From the NCBI GenBank assembly GCA_017676145.1, contig GCA_017676145.1_3628.1: a stretch of 64,000 nt of DNA. The stretch is one strand, 5' to 3'. The notes beneath the pieces were generated by a model, which was not told the DNA's origin, did not search any database, and worked only from the letters and a program-made list of their open reading frames with translations. The stretch comes from a phage. The first letter of the stretch is position 1; each line of letters opens with the position of its first letter. Shown one piece after another: positions 57,330 through 64,000 of the stretch. The translations under genes and the position numbers were made by a program.

Positions 57330-58091
57330 ATGCGACGACTGATCATTATCTCCGGCGCTGGTTTGAGCGCTGAATCTGGTATCCCAACTTTCCGATCTGG
57401 TTGCACTGCAATGTGGGAGAATTTCAGCATCGATGAGGTGTGTAACATCCACACCTTTGCCAAGAACTACTATAAGGTGCATGACTTTTACAATGCACGG
57501 CGTGTAGCTCTGGGCAGTGTTGATCCTAACATTGCACATCTCCGGATCGCTGAGTGGTATTCCCGCTGGTCTGGTCGTGTGATCAACCTGACCACCAATG
57601 TAGATGATTTGCTGGAGCGTGCTGGTGTAAAACATGAAGATATTTTACATGTCCACGGATATTTGCCAGAAATAGTCTATGAGGATGATGAAGGGAGTGA
57701 CGTCATTAAAGACATTGGATACTCTGAGGTAGATGCAAGCGAGTATACTTGGGTCAAGCCTAATGTGGTGTTCTTCGGAGAAGTAGCTCCGAAGTATACA
57801 GACATGTATGACCTGTTGACTTCTCTTACGAGTAATGATATGGTTATCCTTGTAGGGTGTTCCAACACAGTTATCAATTTTAACTGGGAGCTATTCCCTG
57901 CCTGCAATAAGGGAACCAAACTGCTGATCGTTAACAAATACGACTCACAGCAGCTAGGGGAGAATGGTATTTCACGTAGTGATATTTACCAATATGAGGA
58001 TCGCGGCATCCCAGTTTGGTTTAACGGGGCGGTTGATGCTTTCTCTGATAAAACATTCATTGAGACCGTAGAAAACTTTATGGAACTTTAA
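57330..58091 (+). CDS. Sir2 (sirtuin)-like NAD-binding protein lacking the zinc ribbon
   Basis: ISGAGLSAESGIPTFRS (GAGxSxxSGIPxFR), TTNVDDLLERAG (TQNIDxL-type), HVHG catalytic-His context, VVFFGE and GCS blocks; no CxxC pairs between them. Confidence 0.7.
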   Translation: MRRLIIISGAGLSAESGIPTFRSGCTAMWENFSIDEVCNIHTFAKNYYKVHDFYNARRVALGSVDPNIAHLRIAEWYSRWSGRVINLTTNVDDLLERAGVKHEDILHVHGYLPEIVYEDDEGSDVIKDIGYSEVDASEYTWVKPNVVFFGEVAPKYTDMYDLLTSLTSNDMVILVGCSNTVINFNWELFPACNKGTKLLIVNKYDSQQLGENGISRSDIYQYEDRGIPVWFNGAVDAFSDKTFIETVENFMEL

Positions 58092-58104
58092 AAGGAGACC
58101 TTTA

Positions 58105-58818
58105 ATGCTGAATACCAAATTAATTGACAACCTGGAAAAACTGTCCCAACCTGAAAACTACCTTTGGTCTGCCAACTGGGTGGAAAACTGGAACCGTGTG
58201 GCAGCTAAAGTGAAAAAATCATACACACCATTCGAATTACAGCTTAGCTTCATTGAGGAAGAGTTCAATGAAGTTTTGGAAGAGCTGGAGAAAGGTGATG
58301 GCGGAGATCACCTGCTAAAAGAGGCCTGCGATCTTCACGTTGTCACAAGTTATGCCGCTTATCTTGTTAATGATAATCACGAAAAGTGGTCAAACCTGTT
58401 TGATAATCCACAGGGTCTTAAGTTCAAGATCGGTGAGTTCTATGATACACTGATCGCTGCGAAAAACACCTCTAAGCAAAAAGCGTCCGCTTACCGCTTA
58501 GCAGAGTTGTCAACAGCTTTGCTGTTCCAGCTTCGCGGCGATGTGTGCGGGATGATGCGTAAGGTTCTCAAATCGAATGACAGCAAGTTTGCACGAGTCA
58601 ACCATCTACGGTATTCACACGGTGCCAGTGCAGATATGCCTGCTGAACAACTCATCGAGTTGGAGATTAAAGATCTTGAGCGACGCTTTGATGGTCGATA
58701 TGAAGGTTTTGTTGCTAAGGAAGAATTCTACAACGGAAATAAAGTTATCATATTCCTCGACAGTAAAGGTAAGATTATGAAGCCTTCAAGCTTCAAGGAT
58801 GTAACAGAATATATTTAA
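58105..58818 (+). CDS. hypothetical protein, possibly MazG-like nucleotide pyrophosphohydrolase
   Basis: Acidic helical EEEFNEVLEELEKGD...LLKEACDL segment resembles MazG EExxE/D motifs; weak. Confidence 0.35.
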   Translation: MLNTKLIDNLEKLSQPENYLWSANWVENWNRVAAKVKKSYTPFELQLSFIEEEFNEVLEELEKGDGGDHLLKEACDLHVVTSYAAYLVNDNHEKWSNLFDNPQGLKFKIGEFYDTLIAAKNTSKQKASAYRLAELSTALLFQLRGDVCGMMRKVLKSNDSKFARVNHLRYSHGASADMPAEQLIELEIKDLERRFDGRYEGFVAKEEFYNGNKVIIFLDSKGKIMKPSSFKDVTEYI

Positions 58819-58824
58819 CAACAT

Positions 58825-58855
58825 AGCCGGGGCGATCCCGGCTTTACTTGTTTCG
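58825..58855 (+). terminator. rho-independent terminator
   Basis: AGCCGGG-gcgatc-CCGGCT hairpin followed by TTACTTGTTTC after stop of 58105..58818. Confidence 0.5.
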
Positions 58856-58882
58856 GAAAGTATGCAAGTGAGGTAGAAAGTT

Positions 58883-59191
58883 ATGTACAAGCACTCCAGA
58901 GACCTTGAAAACGATGCTGTGTTTGGAGATCAGATGAAAGAATTGGTTAAACTTATAGGTAGGATAGAGGATAAGTTTGACACTAAGATCTACATCGACA
59001 GCAAAGTATTCAACCACAAAATATGGACAAATCTGTGTGTTGGACTACATGGAGATAAGGATGTGGTAAATTTAGTTGTAATTAAGTTCATAGTGTGGCA
59101 GAATAGAACCATAAGTTATTACGATCCGCACCTACTTGTTTACCCGATAAAAGATCTATTAGAGAAGGAGGACTGCAATGCCGTTATTTAA
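58883..59191 (+). CDS. hypothetical protein (102 aa)
   Basis: ORF with upstream AGGTAGAAAG RBS-like sequence. Confidence 0.45.
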   Translation: MYKHSRDLENDAVFGDQMKELVKLIGRIEDKFDTKIYIDSKVFNHKIWTNLCVGLHGDKDVVNLVVIKFIVWQNRTISYYDPHLLVYPIKDLLEKEDCNAVI

Positions 59192-59447
59192 TCTTGCTAA
59201 ACCTGTAGAAGCACACCAGTTTGATGGAAGCTCTTCATCAGTATCTGATCTGCAACGGTGGATTGATACAGGTGTGTTTACATCGTCACCTGTTCGAACC
59301 AGAGATATTCTTCGCATGTGTGAGCTTGTCGAGCCGTTTGGTAACCTTGTCTTGTACCAAGGGGATTGGTTAGTTGACTTTATGGGAGACTGGTTGGTAA
59401 TGAGCAAAGAAGAGATGTTTAAAATTTTTAAGGAAGAGGCTGAGTAA
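59178..59447 (+). CDS. hypothetical protein (89 aa)
   Basis: Overlapping co-oriented ORF; stop overlaps ligase start (TAATG). Confidence 0.45.
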   Translation: MPLFNLAKPVEAHQFDGSSSSVSDLQRWIDTGVFTSSPVRTRDILRMCELVEPFGNLVLYQGDWLVDFMGDWLVMSKEEMFKIFKEEAE

Positions 59448-60730
59448 TGCATCAGATCAAAACAACACTGTACGCACTGAACAAAGATGGCAGCTACCAA
59501 CAGTGGAAAGTATTCACGGATGGTGATAAGGTTATCGTAGAGTTTGGCAAGCTTGATGGTAAACTGCAATACAAAGAGACGATCTGCACACCTAAGAACG
59601 TTGGTCGTGCCAATGAAACTACAGCTGAGCAACAGGCTGAGCTGGAAGCGATCAGTAAGTGGGAAAAACAAGTCCGTCTGGGGTATGTTGAAAATATGGA
59701 AGATTGCGAGCAGGGTGTTGACCTTTTACCCATGCTGGTGCATGACTACCTGAAGCGTGGAAAGGCACTTAAATTACCTTGCTGGATCTTGCGTAAGTTA
59801 GATGGCCTTCGTCTACTTGTTGTTTTCCAAAATGGTGAGCCTAAATTTATTTCCCGTGGTAATAAGTCCTACCCTATTCAAGGAAAGCTTCTGGAGCAAC
59901 TTCGTTCTTTCCACTTCACCACCGGGATTAAACAGCTCGACGGAGAGATCTATATTCATGGCCTGCCTCTGCAGAAAATAGTGTCTCTTGCTAAACGGTG
60001 GCGCACACAGGAAGAGATTCAGGCCGAGATCGATAAAGACTACGAGGCAGATAAAAAACGCCGTCATGCCGCAATTAAGGCAGGCTTATCAACATACAAA
60101 AACTTCAACAAGGTAGATATTCCTGTTGATGTTGAGCCTGTTCGTGATGATTTGCGTTACGGTGGGTACTGTAGCTACGATCTAGAGTATCACATTTTTG
60201 ATATTCCTAGTGACAAGGTGTGGTGGGATCCAGAAACAGAATCTGGACGCTGCAAGGATCTTATGGATGTAGAAGATACCATTACCACTCTGATGCTTGA
60301 CCATATCAAGGTTGTTGACGCAGAGCTTGCGTACACAGTTGATCATTGCGAAGAATCTGTCGGTGTATTCATGTCCGAAGGGTATGAAGGTACTATCATG
60401 CGTAACTTCTGTGGTAAATACGAATACGGTCAGCGAACATCTGAAGCATTGAAATGGAAAAAGTTCAACGATGCTGAGGTGAAAGTTATTGACGTTGAGA
60501 AAGATAAGAATGATGAAGGTGTTCTTATCTGTGTTGACAAGGAAGGTATTGTTGTTAAAATGAAGATGAAAGGTACGCACGAGGAGCGTAGCTATGACAG
60601 GATGCAGGAAATGATCGGCAAGTTTGTCACCTTCAAATATCAAGCAAGGACAGAAGACAACAACTACCAATTCCCTGTCGGTATCTGCGTCCGAAATGTT
60701 AACCCAGACACTTGGGAGGTGCTGGAATAA
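59447..60730 (+). CDS. ATP-dependent DNA ligase
   Basis: Nucleotidyltransferase motif I KLDGLR, motif III LDGEIYI, motif IV EGTIMR, motif V LKWKK; 427 aa. Confidence 0.75.
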   Translation: MHQIKTTLYALNKDGSYQQWKVFTDGDKVIVEFGKLDGKLQYKETICTPKNVGRANETTAEQQAELEAISKWEKQVRLGYVENMEDCEQGVDLLPMLVHDYLKRGKALKLPCWILRKLDGLRLLVVFQNGEPKFISRGNKSYPIQGKLLEQLRSFHFTTGIKQLDGEIYIHGLPLQKIVSLAKRWRTQEEIQAEIDKDYEADKKRRHAAIKAGLSTYKNFNKVDIPVDVEPVRDDLRYGGYCSYDLEYHIFDIPSDKVWWDPETESGRCKDLMDVEDTITTLMLDHIKVVDAELAYTVDHCEESVGVFMSEGYEGTIMRNFCGKYEYGQRTSEALKWKKFNDAEVKVIDVEKDKNDEGVLICVDKEGIVVKMKMKGTHEERSYDRMQEMIGKFVTFKYQARTEDNNYQFPVGICVRNVNPDTWEVLE

Positions 60731-60871
60731 TTTAGGTATGTTTAGTAGATAACGGTAGCCAATTGAATGAGTGTTTTCAATTGGCACCTACATATGCCCT
60801 GATGTATGCACTGTGCAACCTAGCCACGTGCTGATCAGGGCTCGTTATGAGTGAACTGGAGAGTATGAAAA

Positions 60872-61342
60872 ATGAAACTTGATAAAAATGTTCAACGAAA
60901 AGCTTTCTTGGATATGATCGCATATTCAGAAGGTACAGATAATGGTAGACAACCTACCAAGGATCGGGGCTACGATGTCATAGTCGGGGGCAAGCTGTTT
61001 AGCGATTACAGTAAGCATCCAGGTGTTTACGTTAAACTAAATGCTAAACTTACCTCCTCTGCTGCTGGGCGTTACCAGATTCTGGAGAAGTTTGCTAAAC
61101 ACTATATGAAACAGTTAGGATTACCAGATTTTGGCCCTACCAGTCAGGACAAGATTGCGTTGCAACTGATCCGTGAGTGTAAGGCGCTCGATGATATTGA
61201 TGAAGGTCGTATTCACCAGGCCATCCATCTTTGCAGATCCCGATGGGCAAGCCTTCCAGGTGCAGGGTACGGTCAGCACGAACAGAAGATCGAAAAGTTG
61301 ATCGAGGTGTTTAAAAAGTCAGGCGGCGTTGTCCTGGATTAA
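60872..61342 (+). CDS. endolysin, lambda R-type lysozyme (lytic transglycosylase)
   Basis: QRKAFLDMIAYSEGTDNGRQ...GYDVIVGG...AGRYQ...WASLPGAGYGQ is near-collinear with lambda R as recalled. Confidence 0.85.
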   Translation: MKLDKNVQRKAFLDMIAYSEGTDNGRQPTKDRGYDVIVGGKLFSDYSKHPGVYVKLNAKLTSSAAGRYQILEKFAKHYMKQLGLPDFGPTSQDKIALQLIRECKALDDIDEGRIHQAIHLCRSRWASLPGAGYGQHEQKIEKLIEVFKKSGGVVLD

Positions 61343-61405
61343 TCATTGACATAACCATACGGATGTGGTATTGTTGCCTCATAGAATGTTCAGGAGGGTT
61401 TAACC

Positions 61406-61612
61406 ATGAAAGATTTTCTGTTGGCAATTTTGTTCATGGCAGCATGCCTTGTCTGTGGTGTCGTGTTTGCAGGTGAGACAGCGTACCTTGTAGATGTATA
61501 TCGGGACAATGGTAAACGTATTTGCCTTTATGAGACAAGCCAAGGTGAGCTATATGAGCTTGTGAAACAAGGTGAGGCAGGTTCCTGCCCTCGCACCCAT
61601 TTCTTTGAATGA
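61406..61612 (+). CDS. small secreted/membrane protein (68 aa), possible lipoprotein or lysis accessory protein
   Basis: N-terminal hydrophobic segment LLAILFMAACLVCGVVFAG with a possible lipobox-like Cys; directly downstream of the endolysin gene. Confidence 0.4.
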   Translation: MKDFLLAILFMAACLVCGVVFAGETAYLVDVYRDNGKRICLYETSQGELYELVKQGEAGSCPRTHFFE

Positions 61613-61621
61613 GGAGGATAC

Positions 61622-62086
61622 GTGGAAGACGGACGTTTAATGAAGTCTGAACGCAGGCTTATTGTGCAACTGATCCCAGAAACAGCTTGGTATAATAACC
61701 TCCGAAACGCTGTGAAGAAGAGTGAGTGGGATAAGATCCGTAAGAAGTGCTACAGAGAAGCCAACTACACTTGCGAGGTGTGTGGTGGCAAAGGTAGCAA
61801 ACACCCTGTGGAGTGTCATGAACTTTACACCTTCGAAGAGGGGGTGATCCGGCTTGTCGGACTGATAGCCCTGTGCCCAGATTGTCACACATCGGTGCAT
61901 CCTGGGTTAGCAAATATCCGTGGGAAATATGCTCAGGCAGTTAATCAGTTGGCTAAGGTAAATAAGATCACTAAGGGCATGGCTGAAGCTTATTACCGAG
62001 ACTGCTTTGCAGAGTGGCGGGAGCTTAGTAAAGTTCCGGAATGGAAGACCGACTTTTCGTGGATAGAGGGTTACCTTGATGGCTAA
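61622..62086 (+). CDS. HNH-type zinc-finger nuclease-like protein (free-standing)
   Basis: CEVCGG...HPVECHELY...LCPDCH arrangement (CxxC...H...CxxCH) resembles HNH nucleases; GTG start with GAGGAGGA RBS. Confidence 0.45.
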   Translation: MEDGRLMKSERRLIVQLIPETAWYNNLRNAVKKSEWDKIRKKCYREANYTCEVCGGKGSKHPVECHELYTFEEGVIRLVGLIALCPDCHTSVHPGLANIRGKYAQAVNQLAKVNKITKGMAEAYYRDCFAEWRELSKVPEWKTDFSWIEGYLDG

Positions 62087-62369
62087 GAAACCTGTAAAAG
62101 AAAAATTTGATAAGACAGCTTTTGTATTCGATACACCTCTGGACGACATTATTAGAGGTATGCAATCATTGTACCGGAAGGCTGAATCTGATCAGTTGTC
62201 TGAATCAGAACTTTACTGGCTTGGTTGGTGGGAGCTAAACCTTCCTAAAGCTGAAAGTTCTTGTCTGAGAACTGTTAAAACGTGCGCCCAAGAAAACGCT
62301 GCACTTGGAATCTACCACAAAAGGAAAAGATCAACAAAAAGCTCTCCAAGGAAGACTAAAAAGTCTTGA
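62076..62369 (+). CDS. hypothetical protein (97 aa), basic C-terminus
   Basis: Overlapping co-oriented ORF. Confidence 0.4.
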   Translation: MMAKKPVKEKFDKTAFVFDTPLDDIIRGMQSLYRKAESDQLSESELYWLGWWELNLPKAESSCLRTVKTCAQENAALGIYHKRKRSTKSSPRKTKKS

Positions 62370-62395
62370 CAAAAGTGTTATTAATCTGATATTAT
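62366..62395 (+). promoter_or_regulatory. near-consensus sigma70 promoter (TTGACA-18-TATTAT)
   Basis: TTGACAaaagtgttattaatctgaTATTAT about 35 nt upstream of the ATG at 62429 with AGGAG RBS. Confidence 0.6.
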
Positions 62396-62428
62396 CATTC
62401 AGATATTTATAAACCAGGAGAACTAGAT

Positions 62429-62737
62429 ATGCTTAAAATTTTTATTGTTGAAGATAAAGATATTGTCCAGTTGTATGCAAACGAGAATCATAAAGGTATG
62501 ATCCTGAAGAAGGCAAGCAACCTTCATGAAAACACCATTCAACCTGGCGATGTAATTAAGATCTGTGGCTATCTGATACCAGACTCCTTGATGAAAATAA
62601 CCCACCACTGGGGGTCTAATCCGTTCCTTTTTGAAAAATATTGGGATGTTGAGTCGCTTATTGCAGAGAGTGATGATGCATTCCATTACAGCATCCAACC
62701 ATCTTGCAGAGTAACTAACAGGAGGGTCTTTGAGTAG
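62429..62737 (+). CDS. hypothetical protein (102 aa)
   Basis: ORF with CCAGGAGAA RBS downstream of the consensus promoter. Confidence 0.5.
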   Translation: MLKIFIVEDKDIVQLYANENHKGMILKKASNLHENTIQPGDVIKICGYLIPDSLMKITHHWGSNPFLFEKYWDVESLIAESDDAFHYSIQPSCRVTNRRVFE

Positions 62738-63869
62738 AGAATATCCACTTATTGAGTCCATAGATTGTCTAGCTAATCTTCTTGAACCTGACGCTATAGT
62801 TTATTATGACTTCGATCAGGTTGCATATCAAGCTGCAGCAAGTTGCGAAAAAAGGACAATTGAGGTAACACACAAAGCCTCCGGACGTAAGAAGATGTTT
62901 AAAACACGAACAGAGTTCTGGGGGCGGCAGAAGAACACAGTTGGTGGTTGGTTAAAAGCTGAGAATACCAACCGTGAAGCTGCATGTAAAAAGGCTGGCA
63001 AGGAGTTTATTCCGTGGACACGAGAAGATTTCGATGTCTTGGATATCCAAACCCCTGATCCTGTAGAGAACTGCTTGCACACAATTAAGTGTAAAGCTAA
63101 TGCAGTCCTTAATTATCTCGGTATTCCGGAAGATCGGTGCGTGGGGGTACTTGGAGGCACAGGTAATTTCAGACTAGATCTTCCCATGCCGGAAAGATAT
63201 AAAGCCAACCGTAACAACACTCTTCGACCACTGCTGCTTGGAGATGCAAGACAGTATCTCCAAAAGCAGTATAATGCTCAAGTGATCAACGGTATCGAGG
63301 CTGACGACTGGTTAGCTATCCAGCAATTTGAAGGTTGGAACCACTACCAAAAAACAGGTAAGTTCAACAAGTTTATTATCTCTATTGATAAGGACCAAAG
63401 AACACTACCGGGGCTTGTGTTCGATCCCATGCGAAACGATAAGGGAGATTTTGTAAGGGAAACCCCTATGCTGATCGATAACGGTATGGGGAACATCTTC
63501 ATGAAGCCTAATGGAGAGGTTGGTGGTTACGGGATGCTGTTCTTCGGATACCAAATGCTGTGTGGTGACTCTGCTGACAATATCAAGCCGTATCAAGGAC
63601 TTATCGGTAAGGGTAAGTTCGGGGATGCCTCAGCATTCTACCTACTGTCTCAGTGCAGCACTCCAAAGGAGATGTGGGTGGCTATTATTGATCAGTACAA
63701 GAAGTGGTTCCCGAAAGGTGTTGTTAAGTATACTGACTTCAATGGTATTGATCGCAGAATTTCCGTAGGTCAATGGATGAGTATAATTTTTGACTGTTTG
63801 TATATGAAGCGAACATTCAATGATCAAACAAAACTTGTTAACGTTCTTAGAAATGTTGGAGCAATTTGA
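62730..63869 (+). CDS. 5'-3' exonuclease / flap endonuclease (FEN-family)
   Basis: GIEADDWLA (G[IV]EADD motif) and CGDSADNIKP (GDxSDNIPG-like) signature blocks of 5'-nuclease family. Confidence 0.7.
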   Translation: MSREYPLIESIDCLANLLEPDAIVYYDFDQVAYQAAASCEKRTIEVTHKASGRKKMFKTRTEFWGRQKNTVGGWLKAENTNREAACKKAGKEFIPWTREDFDVLDIQTPDPVENCLHTIKCKANAVLNYLGIPEDRCVGVLGGTGNFRLDLPMPERYKANRNNTLRPLLLGDARQYLQKQYNAQVINGIEADDWLAIQQFEGWNHYQKTGKFNKFIISIDKDQRTLPGLVFDPMRNDKGDFVRETPMLIDNGMGNIFMKPNGEVGGYGMLFFGYQMLCGDSADNIKPYQGLIGKGKFGDASAFYLLSQCSTPKEMWVAIIDQYKKWFPKGVVKYTDFNGIDRRISVGQWMSIIFDCLYMKRTFNDQTKLVNVLRNVGAI

Positions 63870-64000
63870 TGACTAAAAATGCTGTAGATAACGCAATTAT
63901 GGAAGCTGTTTTTGAGGATGATCATACAACAGGGACACTTAAAACAAAAAACACATTCGTTGTTGCCACAGGTGTGTGGCGGTTGTATGAAGATGACACC
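63869..64000 (+). CDS. hypothetical protein, 3'-truncated at window edge
   Basis: ATG overlapping upstream stop (ATGA); frame open to the end of the window. Confidence 0.4.
   Translation, partial: MTKNAVDNAIMEAVFEDDHTTGTLKTKNTFVVATGVWRLYEDDT

Noticed and set aside
60182-60787. 201-aa minus-strand ORF
   Set aside because: Antisense to the ATP-dependent DNA ligase gene (motifs I-V present on the plus strand).
1-64000. Prophage / temperate lifestyle
   Set aside because: No integrase, repressor or attachment-site-like repeats seen; content (tRNA array, RNA-repair enzymes, ligases, homing endonucleases) fits a virulent phage.

Overview
This 64-kb window reads as part of a large virulent tailed-phage genome; no integrase or repressor is visible. 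Positions ~2.6-50.7 kb are one long minus-strand late operon: spanins, an intron-split terminase large subunit, portal, scaffold, capsid, sheath/tube-like tail genes, a frameshifted tail chaperone, tape measure, baseplate genes and at least seven large fibre/tailspike genes including a lambda gpJ-like protein. Positions 51.1-52.1 kb hold a minus-strand tRNA array (Pro, Met, Thr, Ser, Tyr, Arg) with non-canonical tRNA-like elements and its own promoter. Positions 52-56 kb (minus) carry small unknown genes, a ~660-bp non-coding region with four tandem palindromic repeats beside an AT-rich tract, a small putative HTH protein, a metallophosphatase and a T4 Pnk-like kinase. The plus-strand genes (0-2.6 kb and 56-64 kb) include a T4 RnlA-like RNA ligase, a Sir2-like protein, an ATP-dependent DNA ligase, a lambda R-type lysozyme, an HNH-like protein and a 5'-3' exonuclease. 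The most notable observations are two group I introns in the terminase gene (one carrying an HNH homing endonuclease), a split RNA-repair gene set beside the tRNA array, the iteron-like repeat region and the Sir2-like gene. All calls rest on reading the sequence and recalled motifs; no searches or structure predictions were run, and resemblance to rV5/phi92-type myoviruses is only a guess.
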